Counted from the whole stretch's first letter, positions 32,492-44,588 are shown. The stretch: 51,959 bases of DNA, filler included, from Sphyrna mokarran (GCA_024679065.1; 2 parts of 2 records of this genome joined end to end with filler, not necessarily neighbours in it), one strand, 5' to 3'. The notes: generated from the sequence alone by a model not told the origin. A program made the numbers and translations.

Positions 32492-33390
32492 TGAACTTAG
32501 TCACGATTGTGATCCTCATCCACAAAAACTGTGATCTCTCCAAATGTGTCACTCGTTACCTCGTGGCCATGTCATTGGCGGACCTTCTGGTGATTATACT
32601 CGACCTGATATTGAGACACATTCCAATTGTTTTTAATGAACAATTTATTTTCCTGGAATCCATCCCCATGTGTAACATCCACGCTGTCCTGCTTTATGCA
32701 GCCACTGACTGTTCTGTCTGGTTCACCGTCACTTTCACCTTTGATCGATTTGTGGCCATTTGTTGTCAGAAGCTGAAAATTAAATATTGCAGTGAGAAAA
32801 CGGCGATTGTGGTCCTGGGAACAGTGACAGCACTGAGTTGTTTAAAGAATATTTTCTGGTATTTTATGGTAACAGGTCAGTATATATTGATAAATGACCC
32901 TTGGTTTTGTAATTACTCATTTGATGTCATGTTTTCTCCAGTCTGGGGAGCAATTGTGTTCCTTCATTACATTGTAACCCCGTGTATCCCATTTGTTCTG
33001 ATTCTGCTGTTCAATGTTCTCACCGTCAGGCACATTTTAGTGATGAGCCAGGCCCGCAGGAGACTTCGGGATCAGGGCAATGGGGAGAGTCTCAAAGACC
33101 CAGAGATGAAAAGTCGAAGGAAATCCATCATTTTACTCTTTGTTATTTCAGCCAATTTCATCCTGTTATGGTCAACGTTAATGGTTGATACTTTGTCTTT
33201 TCAGATGTTCTGGTTGGGGTATCCATCCTTATATAACAATATATTTGTTGAGGATTTGGGCTTCATGCTGCAGCTTCTGAGTTGCTGCACCAACACTTTT
33301 ATTTATGTGGTAACCCAGAGTAAGTTTAGGATGCAGTTGAAAATTCTGCTGAAGTATTCATTTACTCCTATTCTCCACTTCATTAAATGA
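32492..33390 (+). CDS. GPR139-like class A GPCR, coding exon 2 (7TM body); full protein 357 aa
   Basis: ccttacag|TG AAC; YLVAMSLADLL (TM2), SVWFTVTFTFDRFVAIC (DRF), PCIPF (TM5), SCCTNTFIY (TM7); uninterrupted ORF. Fits the GPR139/142-related family expanded in cartilaginous fishes rather than the GPR139 ortholog. Confidence 0.9.
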
Positions 33391-34019
33391 TTAGCAGAAT
33401 TAAATCATAAAGCTTTTCCAGAATTTCTCATTTAATTTTACATTTCCTGAAGGAGAGGTGGGACAGGCACCATAGGATTTTCATCTCATATTTGGACAAG
33501 GAACTGCTCAATATCCAGTGATCTTATTCCAATTTGACTGAAAATCAACTACATCTCAAATCCCTCTTTTACCATTCCAGCCTGTCATCCTGCTGCTTCA
33601 CACTAGTTGTCATGACATGGAGATGCCGACGTTGGATTGGGGTAAGCACACTGAGAAGGCTCACAACACTAGGTTAAAGTGCATTTTAACTTGCTGTTGT
33701 GAGATGTCTTACTCACACTGTATGGATAGGTTTCATCAAACAATCACTTTCTTGGACAGTGGGTCTACATTTTGCAGGGTGCACCGTGGGCTGGGCAGAA
33801 GTGAGATCATAGAAACTGAATGAGATAACCAAAATGAAGTGAGGGCACAGAGGAAATTCACACTGATAGCTGGGGTTAAGGGTTATGTTGTGGGCTGTCG
33901 AACCACAGCCAAAAATGGGAAGAGGAATTAAAGGGGAACTGGAATGTTATTAGGCTCCAGAATCAGTCTCAGCAAGTGAGTGAGTGAGAGATAAATTCTG
34001 TAGAAAGAAAACAACAGGA

Positions 34020-34380
34020 TCAAACATCTAGAAAGAGAGGCAAGGGGAACGAACAAGGCAGACAGAGAGAGAGAAAGAAAGAGAGAGAGAGAGAGATACA
34101 GACAGACAGAGAGAAAAAGAGAGAGAGAAAGAGAAGAGGCTAGAGATGACGGTGGGGGACAATGATAAAGACAGGGGATAGCGAGAGAGAGGGGGCACTG
34201 AGAGCGTCGCAGAAACGAGAGAATAGCCATAGAAAGAGAAAGTGGGACAGTGAAAGCATGGAGTACAGAGTTAGAGAAAGAGTCTGAGATAGAGAGCAGC
34301 AGACAGAGAGAGAGAGAGAAAAGAAGAGAGAGGGAGGGAGAGATAGAGGAGCCACAGTGAGAGTGGCAGCAGAGAGAGTT
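34020..34380. repeat. GA-rich low-complexity tract
   Basis: Degenerate (GA)n; a similar tract lies at 35940-36325. Confidence 0.85.
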
Positions 34381-36329
34381 CAAGGTAGTCGAAGCCTGGT
34401 CGTCGAAGTGTGGTGTGCGGGTACTATGAAGAAAACACTTGGACTTTTGCCACATTGAAAATGATAATATAATTGGAGCAGTGCCCCTACAAAAAATACC
34501 CAGTTTCTGCATTTATAACTCTCCCTCTGACTGTGAAAGTCAATCAGCCAACAAAATGACTGCAAAATATTTCTGAAATCAATGTTGAAGAACTTGACGC
34601 CTAAAGAATCAACAACTGTGAAAAAAAACTCAGCTCAACTCTCAGCACCCCAGGAACAAGCAACTTTTTATTTGTATTTACTTATTATTAAACACAATTG
34701 TCATTCGTAATCTGTATGAATGCAGAAGGATCTGTCTCTCCATTCATTCTTATGCCTTTAGTAGGGAATAAAATTTCTTGGTGGAATTTAGGAATGTATA
34801 CACCCGTTGTGCAAAAGAAAAATGTTTTAAAATCGGGCGTGAATGAGTCAGTATGAATGACACCCGTTGCGATTTTACAACACCCGGATTTTCGGTGTGG
34901 TCGGCCTCACACCAGGAATGGGCTAAAGGTTGATTACTTCACTTAATTTTGTTTAAGTGTTGAATTCAATGTGTTTAGTGACCTGGCACTCAATTGTCTG
35001 GGCCTGCTTGCCTTTATGGCCTCCCCCTGAAAGTTTCTCATTAACGAATAAAATAACTGCTCAACCTGAATGGGGAACAGTGGACCTGGAACTTTTGAGG
35101 CACTCAGAGTAAATTGATTGCAAAACAGAGGCGCCCCCTTGGGCAATTTCAGACTGGCACTGCCAGCCTGGCGCCTGGGCTATGTTAGTCTGGCACCTGG
35201 GCAATGTTAGCCCGGCATCTGGACCATGCCCATTGGATAGTAAGGGTCGGAGCCAGTGGGGAAAGTGCCAGGGGTGGGGATATATGCGTGAGTCAATGAG
35301 GAAGGGGGTCCCACTGCCACTTTGCCTGTGATTGGTGATAGAGGAAGGAAGGTTGTGAGTGACCTGGCTGACAGGGATTGCATCTCAGACCTCTGATCCC
35401 CGTGATTGTGAGGTGGAGGTGGTGGGGAGATCAGTGAGCTAATTGTGACTGCCTGTAGCAGCAGGGGTCTGACAGCTAACTCTCTGTCTGAGAAACATGT
35501 GCAATTCCTCCTCTGCAGGATTTTTGGTAAGTTAAGTCCTGCCCACAGCCTCTCCAGCTAGAAATTGACTATCCCATATTTTCAGAGACAGACTGTGTAA
35601 GACTGTGCATGAAAACTTGCCCCGAAAGCTGATCTGGAAATCTCTCATTTTCAGACTAGCTGGCCTCTTTGAAAAAAATCTTGTAAAATTGTGGTGTGTG
35701 TTCAATCAAAAAAAAACCTGATTAAATTAGCTCCTGCTTCGAACATAGCTATTGGTCTGCAACTGATATTAAAGTGAAAGAAATCCTTGATATATTAAAT
35801 ATTGAAGTAACGTGCAGAGGATGGATTGAAAAAATTCAATGGAACCAGTCAGGCCTCCACATCCAGGCCCATGTTTTTTTATGGGTGGGGTGGGGGTTGG
35901 GGGCATCTAAGCAGGATGGTGACAACCCGGGGTTGTTTGTGACAAAAGAGAGAACGAGAAAGACAGACAGAGGGAAGGAGGCAAGTTTGATAGATTGACA
36001 GCGAGACGTGGGGAAAAAGAGAATTGAGGCAGGAAACAAGTGAGATAGATAGAAAAGGTATGGATAGAGGGAGGACAGGGGGACAGGCAGAGAGCGAAAG
36101 AGACAGAGAAGGAGGAGCGAGAGAAACAAATTGGAAGTGAGAGAAACAGATCAAAAGGATAAGCCAGAGAGACACAGCCAGAGAGTGTGAGAACAAATGT
36201 TGAGAGAGGAGAGGCAATTAGGCACCTGGAGGCAGAAAGGGAGAGATGGATATAGAGGGCACAGACAGAAATTGAAGATGCAAAGGAAGAGAGCAAGAGG
36301 CGAGAAAAGGCATAGAGACAGAAAAACGT

Positions 36330-36475
36330 CACAGAGTGTTTGGTTTAATGGAGCCGGGATGGAGACAATGTTGGGTATAAATTTCCCATAATAGGTTACC
36401 AACTCCAAAAATGCTCTGAAATCCCAGATGGATGTCGGAGCTGGGGCATGTTTTATCATCTGCACCTTTTTCTCC
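36330..36475 (-). mobile_element. Ty3/Gypsy LTR retrotransposon pol fragment
   Basis: KVQMIKHAPAPTSIWDFRAFLELVTYYGKFIPNIVSIPAPLNQ resembles the Gypsy RT connection motif (LRSFLGLVNYYGKFIPNL..APL). Confidence 0.8.
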
Positions 36476-38154
36476 GATTTGTTGCTCAACATTGTCCAAA
36501 CCTCATTGTTCTGACTTTATCCTCAAATGCTTCCTGTGAAATCAAAACCCCTTTTTTTTTTCTGACGCACTAACGGGAAAGTTTGATTTTGACACCGAAC
36601 ACATATTCGCACCTCGTTCAATCTACATCAGAGTTTAATAGGTTTATAGGTGCAGACTAATGTGGTTAATCATCATCTGAAATATCTGATCATAGTGTGT
36701 GTTCAAAAAGACAGATACAAGTGATACTGTAAGTGAAATAGAGGGAATGGCGCACATTTCACAGAAGAATCTTTTTTAAAATCGTTTTTCATCACTAAGA
36801 AATGGGGGGAGGGGCGGAGAGTTGAGACAGATGAGGGAATCGAGACTCAGTGCGAACCTAATGATCTTTCCTGTAAAGGGCCGGAATTTATCTGCCTGAA
36901 TATTCACGCCCATGATAAATGGTTCAAGGGTCACTGACAGATAATTGTTAAATCTCTTCCATTTCTATCTAGTTCACATTTATTTTTTTTAAAAAAAAGC
37001 TGACTGTATTCAATCTTCAAATTGCGATCTGTATTACCCGGTGACTCGATTCATTTTGTTGGTCAGTTACGTTTGCAATTCAGTTTTGTCCGATTTCATT
37101 TCTTAATAAGGACCTATGTTTTAAATAATGCATTGATGCAAAATATTGAAAAAAATACTGAGTACAATTGCACAATGAGATTTGACAAACGTCAAAACGT
37201 CAGCTCCTTTCACTCCTTATAGTTGCTGCCAGCCCTTGTGAGACTTGCCAGAATTTTCCATTCTTGTTTCCGATTCCAGCATTTGCAGTAATTTGCTGTT
37301 ATTACTGAGTGCAATTCATTGAGATTATTCGAAAGAAGATGGAAATGATGATATAATAAATGAGCAGAAATCGTTGCTCCCTTAGATATTTTCCAGACGA
37401 ACGTTTTCAAATGTTGATATTCAGGATAAGACGCACAATCAGATTGAAAGTAACGGTTATCTTCCTGAGTTCAGTGACATGGACTGTCAGTCTAACCATC
37501 GGAACCTGCAGTAACACAGCGCAGTTGAACATTGCAGTCAGGTAGATTTTCTCGATTGTGTGTGTATGTGTTTTTTAGTCTAGTGGTTGTCACGTTTATT
37601 TCAAATAAGCCTGTTGTACCTGGTGCGGTGAGAATTCTTACTGGATCCACTCCAGTCCAACACCGGCATCTCCACGGGTGTAATGGGGAATCTTTTCCCT
37701 ATGAGCGCCTATTGCCTTATTGTTTGAATCGTTACACCGTGGAATCGACAGCACTCTGACAGAATGCAAGGCACTTTTCTCCAAAATACACACACGCACA
37801 TCTACCTCACTTTCTCTCTCACATTGTTTTGCTCTCTCATACACAGACGCACAAAGAACAGAGAGTCTCTCTGTCTCTCTCTCACATACACACAGACACA
37901 CAGACACACACACACTTGCACAATAATTGCCAGACTCCAGTCGAATTGTTGTTGTGTGGCAGCAACTGCTCCTTTCTTTCAACAGAGGGGCTAAATAGTA
38001 GCCAAAAGATGAAAGCCACTGACCTAGCAGGCGCCAGAGGCTCAGCAAAGGGCATTTTCATCGTGGTTGAACTGGCTGACAAATTGTCCTCTGACTTCAG
38101 TCAGTATGAAAAGCCCTTCAGCAAATCAATCATTTTCATTGAGAAATTGAAGCA

Positions 38155-38226
38155 AGGTTCTGCCGAGATTTGAACTCGGATCGCTAGATTCAGAGTCCAG
38201 AGTGCTCACCATTACACCACACAACA
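38155..38226 (-). tRNA. tRNA-Gln(CTG) with damaged acceptor stem (likely pseudogene)
   Basis: TGTTGTGTGGTGTAATGGTGAGCACTCTGGACTCTGAATCTAGCGATCCGAGTTCAAATCTCGGCAGAACCT. Confidence 0.85.
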
Positions 38227-38631
38227 TGGTATGAGCTTGCAAGTCATCATGCAATACTTCTGAGAGTGTGAATGAATCCCATTCCACAATCGCCTGAATT
38301 ACCCACAGCGATTCATATTGACAGTGTCCTTGCTGGCCCCCCTATAATAACGAGTCCGCTATCTCCTGCTACATTAAGTTTCCCTGTAGCTCATCACATT
38401 CAAAGAGAAACGTTGACATCCCCCTGTAGAAAAATTATTGTAGTAAAACCACTGAACAGCATCAGCTGATCACAGCTCTGCTTTCCTCACAGTGAAAGCC
38501 AGTGCGAACATACGAAGAATTTCAAATCTTAAAAGACAGGAAGGAGAGTGTGATTGTGGATTATTGTCTCTGTGCACATCTCTGTAAAAAACAAACAATT
38601 TCTCTTATCAAACGTAAGAAAGCTTAATGAA

Positions 38632-38704
38632 CGTTTCTGCCCGGTTTCGAACCGGGGACCTTTCGCGTGTGAGGCAAATGTGATAACCACTACACTACAA
38701 AAAC
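38632..38704 (-). tRNA. tRNA-Val(CAC)
   Basis: GTTTTTGTAGTGTAGTGGTTATCACATTTGCCTCACACGCGAAAGGTCCCCGGTTCGAAACCGGGCAGAAACG; a T5 run at the 5' end may terminate Pol III. Confidence 0.88.
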
Positions 38705-38880
38705 AACTTGGAAAGCAGCGAAGCAAATCTGCCTGTCTGCAATGTTCAACTCCGCTGTGTTGCTGCAGGTTCCGATGGTTCGACTGAGAGCCCATGTCAC
38801 TGAATTCAGGAAAATAACAGTTACTTTCAATCAAGGCACTTACTTTCAATATGTGACTTGGCCAAAAGGAAACCAACGAA

Positions 38881-38970
38881 GGGCTCGTCCGGGACTTAAA
38901 CCCAGGACCTCTCGTATGCTCATGGACCGAAATACCCTAAGCGAGAATCATACCCCTAGACCAACGAGCC
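38881..38970 (-). tRNA. tRNA-Pro(AGG) with an 18-nt intron at position 37/38 (38934-38917)
   Basis: GGCTCGTTGGTCTAGGGGTATGATTCTCGCTTAGGG[TATTTCGGTCCATGAGCA]TACGAGAGGTCCTGGGTTTAAGTCCCGGACGAGCCC; 72+18 nt; T-loop C56T and G39A changes. Confidence 0.88.
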
Positions 38971-39581
38971 CACACCAAACAAAATAAAAATTCTATCACT
39001 TTCTACAAAGCAGTTTCTGACACCCGGAGTGAAGTTGAAAATGTTGAAAAAAAGTCTCACTGCATCAACATTTGTGAACTTTAATCTCCAGCAAAATATC
39101 CGCCCAATATTGTTATCTCAAGCTTTTGTTTATAAAGTCCACATGTTACAGTCAATAATTTCAAACAGGGACTTCAACATGTGACAACCCTGAGTTTGCC
39201 TTTGATATTTGATCACTTGTGAAAGCTGTGGTCTGTTAGACAGTTAGAAGATCTGGAACATTTAAAATACAGATTGCTGACATTGTTCACCTGGGAGATC
39301 TGCGGGTTTGTGTGAATGGGGAACGATTGGACTTGATCTGACAGGAATATGAGTAAAACAATGTCAAATTTCCCAGCAGTGACAAACCTTAATGTTTAGA
39401 AATAAAGGAAGTTTTTAAAACGTGAAATCCAATAAGGAGGAAATATAACAACATCTGGCCGGGTGGGAATTGCGATGGGTATTTGGCCTGTTGCAGTTTG
39501 CCTGAATTGATGTTTGAAGAGAGTGCGAGACAAAATGCGATGCCAATTAACAGTTAGAACAGAAAACCAACAACCAAATCC

Positions 39582-39654
39582 TGCCGAAACCCGGGATTAA
39601 ACTGGGGACCTTTAGATCTTCAGTTTAACGCTCTCCCAGCTGAGCTATTTCGAC
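39582..39654 (-). tRNA. tRNA-Phe(GAA), mutated (possible pseudogene)
   Basis: GTCGAAATAGCTCAGCTGGGAGAGCGTTAAACTGAAGATCTAAAGGTCCCCAGTTTAATCCCGGGTTTCGGCA; T-loop reads TTTAA. Confidence 0.87.
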
Positions 39655-40654
39655 TGGTTGATACAGGTGGAAGCTTCCGTCTCCCAAATATCTAAGAGAG
39701 CAACGATTTCTCCCTTTTCGTTAATGCATCATTTTCATCTTTCTTCAAATAATCTCAACCAAATGTCCTCAGTGATAAAAACAAATTACTGCGGATGGGA
39801 AAAGAGAAAATGCTCCTAAATCTCACAATGTCTGACAGCACCTGTAAGGAGTGAAAAGGGCGGACGTTCCAAGTCCAGGTGACACTTTATCAAAGCTCAT
39901 CGTACAATTATATTCAGTATTTGTTTAACTATTTAGTATTAATGTACTATTTAACACATATGTCTTCATTATGAATTGAATATCTCTGAAATTGAACATC
40001 ACTGAATTGAAAACATAACTGACCAACAGAACGAATTGAATCACCGGGTAATACAGATCACAGTTTTGAGATTGAATATTGTCAACTTTTAAACAAAGTC
40101 AAATACGTTTAAATGGAGGGAAATCAAGAATTAACTGTTGGTGACACTTGAGCCTATTTTTATTAAGGGTGTGAAACATTCAGGCGCTTAAATTCCGGTC
40201 CTTTACAGGAAAGTCCAGTAGATCCGCACTGAGTCTCGATTCCCTCGTCTCTCTCAATGCCTTTTCCTGTTTCTTAGTGATGAAAAACGATTTAAAAAAA
40301 ATCTTCTATGAAATGTGCGCCATTTCCACTAGTTCACTTACAGTATCACTTGTATCTGTCTATTTGAGCACACACTACAATCAGATATTTCAGATGGTGA
40401 TTAACCATATCAGTCTGCACCTATAAACCCATTCAATTCTGTTGGAGACTGAACCAGATGCGTGTCTTTGCTCGGTATCAAAACCGAACTTTCCTGTCAG
40501 GGCGCCGAAAAATGCGTTTCTCATTTCACAGAAAGCATTTGAGGATGAGGTCAGAGCAATGATAACATGCCTTCAACAACAGGGTTAGGATAATGTTGAA
40601 CAACAAACCGATATCAGGCAACTTTCTTTATCCGCCATGAGCAAGTTTAATGAA

Positions 40655-40727
40655 TGTTTCTACCTGGTTTCGAACCGGCGACCTTTCGCGTGTGAGGCGA
40701 ATGTGATAACCACTACACTACAGAAAC
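40655..40727 (-). tRNA. tRNA-Val(CAC), second copy
   Basis: GTTTCTGTAGTGTAGTGGTTATCACATTCGCCTCACACGCGAAAGGTCGCCGGTTCGAAACCAGGTAGAAACA; flank duplicated with 38632-38830. Confidence 0.88.
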
Positions 40728-41544
40728 AACCTGAAAGGCAGTGGAGCAAACCTGCCTGTCTGCAATGTCCAACTCCGCTGTGTTGCTGCAGGTTCCGATG
40801 GTTAGACTGAGAGCCCATGTCACTGAATTCAGAAATTCCGTTCTTTTCAATCTGATTTTACAACATATCCCCAACGTCAAAATTTAAAAGCGTTCCTCTC
40901 GCAAATATCTAAGGGAGCACTGAATTCCAACCATTTATTATACCGTGATTATCATCTTCATCGAATGACAAGTTGAAGGCAGTTTAAATGGTGCCGCTCC
41001 TTCACTGCAGCTCATTCTGTTTGTGACTGGATGTGATCTCTGTTTATTCCACAGTTCAGGATGAATTGATTCAATGAAGGAACAGGCTCAAGGCAACTCT
41101 TGCTCTTTCTCAGCTCCTTTACTGCGCATGTCACTGACAGTCAAGTGACCAGGATCGGCACCATGACACTGTTTCCATTCCTAGTCACGGAGTGAATAAA
41201 CTTTTTGTTCAATTCTTCATTTAATGAAAAAAAAGCCTTAAGCATCTGTGAAGGAGCAACATCGAAACCTTCTGGCTGGATGAACTTATATCAGAGCTGG
41301 AAAAAGTCAGAGATGTAACACTAACGAAAAACTCTGAAGAATCCCATGACACACACACAACATATATGTCAGATAGACACACATCACACATGTCAAATCA
41401 TGTCACTATCAAGTTGTGTCTTTTAACCTCCTGCTCTCCACCTCAGACATTTCCACATTCATCAAATATCTCCAACCTCAAACTCTATCCTGTTCCACAG
41501 CCCACTGATAACACTACTCGTCCCGGAGTTGCCTTGCAATATTT

Positions 41545-41617
41545 GGCTCCATAGCTCAGCAGTTAGAGCACTGGTCTTGTAAACCAGGGGTCGCGAGTTC
41601 AATTCTTGCTGGAGCCT
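41545..41617 (+). tRNA. tRNA-Thr(TGT)
   Basis: GGCTCCATAGCTCAGCAGTTAGAGCACTGGTCTTGTAAACCAGGGGTCGCGAGTTCAATTCTTGCTGGAGCCT; D-loop GG altered. Confidence 0.9.
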
Positions 41618-41819
41618 CCAGGAAAAGTTTAGCTGATATAAACTGTGGGAAAAAGGTGGATCGAGTTGGAGACGAAGCAGAGTGTTCTTACGAGAGGAAG
41701 GGTAGACGGAATGCAATTTCGAAAAAAATAAGATTTTCTACTTTGTTAAAAAAGAGAAGAGCAGAACATATTTGACGAACTGAAAATTATAAATATTGAT
41801 ATTAAGAACAGAATAGTTG

Positions 41820-42470
41820 AGCTTGTACAAGGAATGCATAAAGTTAGCATGTGGGTGCAACAGATAATTGGAAGGGAAATTACATTTTGTTCTTATTGTC
41901 GGCAGACTGCAGTTTAAAATAACGAGGTGTTTCTGCTGTTACACAGAGTTTTGCTGAAACCAGACTGAATATTCTGCGCAGATGTGATAGCCACATTTAA
42001 GAAAGGAGATGTTTTGTATTAGAAACGGTAAAGAGAAGGTTCACCAGATTCCTCCCTGGGGTCAGTGAGTTGTCCTGTGATGAAATTCTCTGGAGTTTAG
42101 AAGAATAAGAGGTGATCTCTGATCCGGTTTGATAGGATGGAGGCTGAGAGATTTTCTTTTCCTGTTGCTCGGGAATCTAACCCCCTGCGGCACAGATCAG
42201 CGGCTGGTCATTTAGGGCTAAGATAAGGAGAAATTGCTTCACTCAGAGGGTGAGAATCTTTTACATTCTCTGTACCTGACAGTTATGTATGCCCCATCAT
42301 CGAGCACATTTAAGGTCGGGATAAAGAGGTTTCTGATCTCTTGGAGAATTCAGGGATATGGGGAGCTGGTGGAAAAAAACTAAGTTGCAACCCAAGATCA
42401 GCCCTGATAGTATTGAATAGCGGAAATCTCGATGGACCGAGTGGTCTGCTCCTCCTCCAATGATTCCTGT
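41820..42470 (+). mobile_element. Old, decayed CR1 3' fragment
   Basis: Remnant CR1 ORF2 end (agaaggttcaccaga..., agaagaataagaggtgatctc, ttcactcagagggtg). Confidence 0.6.
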
Positions 42471-43219
42471 TAGAATGAAAACAGAAAGGACTGGAAGTTC
42501 TCAGCAGGGATTGTAACAAATGTGGAGCAAGAAACACAGAGTTAACTTTCCGAGTTCAATATGATTATTTTCAAAACAGTAACTGAGTGTGAATTGTCAC
42601 AACTCGCACAACATCGAGACTGCAAATTGAATTGGATCCAGGCAGTGAAAGCCCTGATCCAGTTACTGATTACAGGAATGTACACAGTGAGAATTATCCA
42701 CTGTCACACTCTCCTTCCAGCCTTGAGCACGGAGTTAAATTTTGAAGTGTTTGAAGTCTTGTTACAGTTATTCGGGGTTTTGGTGAGACCGCATTTGGAA
42801 CGGTGTGTGCAGTTTGGATCTCCGCATTTTAGATAGAATCAAAGCAAAATCTGAGGATGCTGCAATCTGAATCGAAAACAGAAAATGCTGGAAAATCTCA
42901 ACAGCTTTAACGAGAAAGAATAGATAGTATTAAACATTTGAACATTATTTTTTCCTGATCCGGGAATCTAAAACACGGGGACACAATCTCAGGATAAGGC
43001 GCTGATGATTTAGGGAGGCAATGAGGAGAAATTGCTTCACTCAGTCTCATGAATCTTCGGAATTCTCTACTCCAGAGGGTTCTGATGCTCCATCATTGAA
43101 CACATTTCAGTTTGGGTCAGACAGATTTATGATCTATCAGGGAATGAATGGAAGCAGGGATATGGAATTGGAACAAACGCTCAGCTATAAGTTCATGTTT
43201 CGATTTTTTTTACGTTTAA

Positions 43220-43349
43220 NNNNNNNNNNNNNNNNNNNNNNNNNNNNNNNNNNNNNNNNNNNNNNNNNNNNNNNNNNNNNNNNNNNNNNNNNNNNNNNNN
43301 NNNNNNNNNNNNNNNNNNNNNNNNNNNNNNNNNNNNNNNNNNNNNNNNN
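43220..43349. other. Assembly gap (N run)
   Basis: 130 N; the flanks continue the same duplicated module as 23185-23900. Confidence 0.95.
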
Positions 43350-43539
43350 TCAATCATTATTAAATAATGTCGGTAACACCAGATAAAAATAAAGCCGGGA
43401 ATAATTAACAGCTAATTTTCATTGGCACCCACGGACACATTGCCAACCCACAACTGCTTACCCGTGAATACTGATGATGAGAAAATTTAAGTGAAATGCT
43501 CTTCAGCAAATCAATCACCTGTATTGAGAAATTAAAGCA

Positions 43540-43611
43540 AGGTTCTGCCGAGATTTGAACTCGGATTACTGGATTCAGAGTCCAGAGTGCTAACCATTAC
43601 ACCACAGAACC
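43540..43611 (-). tRNA. tRNA-Gln(CTG), apparently intact
   Basis: GGTTCTGTGGTGTAATGGTTAGCACTCTGGACTCTGAATCCAGTAATCCGAGTTCAAATCTCGGCAGAACCT; paired stems, A and B boxes. Confidence 0.93.
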
Positions 43612-44219
43612 AAATGCGTGATGTTACCCTACAAGTGATCATGAAATATTTCTGACAGTTTGGATCAGTCCCATTCCACAATCGCCTCAATTACAAAAAC
43701 AATTTAAAAAGTGTCCTTGCTGGTTCCCCCTGTAATATCGAATATACTAATTTCTACTGCATTAAATTTCTCTGCAGCTCATCACTTTCAAAGAAAAATG
43801 TTGACATCCCCCTGGATAAACCTTATTGTAGTAAAGCCGGGGAATAACATCAGCTGATCACAGCTTTGTTTTCGTCACACTGAAAGCCGGTGTGAAAATG
43901 CGAAGAATTTCAAATATTAAAAGGCAGGAAGGAGGGTGTGATTGCAGGCGATGCAGCGAATGGCTCTCCTGGCGCCATTACATGAGCCCCAGGGGATGTT
44001 TGCTGAAGAATACAAACCGCTGAGAGGCAGGAAAGCCGCAGTAGGCAGAGGGTCCATCTTCATGTGACTGTGTCATTCACTCACTCATCTGTCGCTTCTG
44101 TCCCCGTTTCTGTCGCTGCCTCTCATCCAGCTGCCTTTGGTTGTCCAGCTCCAAGGTTAAATTAGCTACTTGATACAGAAACAGACAGTTGGTAAACCCG
44201 AGCTTCACCTGGAAAGCAG

Positions 44220-44490
44220 GTTAGATCGGAGTTGAGGAGGAACTTCTTCAATCAAAGGCTAGTGAGTCTCCGGAAATTTTCTGCTTGTTGAAAAAGGCTT
44301 CCTCGCTAATTATATTTAAGTCACGGGTAGATACGTTTATGATATACAGGGGGAGTAAGAGTTAAGGGGAGAAAGTGAGTAAGTGGAACTGAACCACTTC
44401 AGGTCAGCCATCATCTTATTGAATGGTGGGGCAGGCTCGGGGGTCTAGATGGCCTACTCCTGCTCCTATTTCTTATGTTCTTATATTCTA
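44220..44490 (+). mobile_element. CR1 3' fragment at the junction between the tRNA module and the Ig intron
   Basis: Same family as 3070-3335 (ttagatcggagttgaggagg...ttcttatgttctta). Confidence 0.8.
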
Positions 44491-44588
44491 AAATTGAAAT
44501 TGCAGCATATTTCCCTGATATCTAACTGGCAGTTTCATTGTCTCCAGAATTCTCCAGTTTATTGACATTAATTGTACATTTTCTGCAG

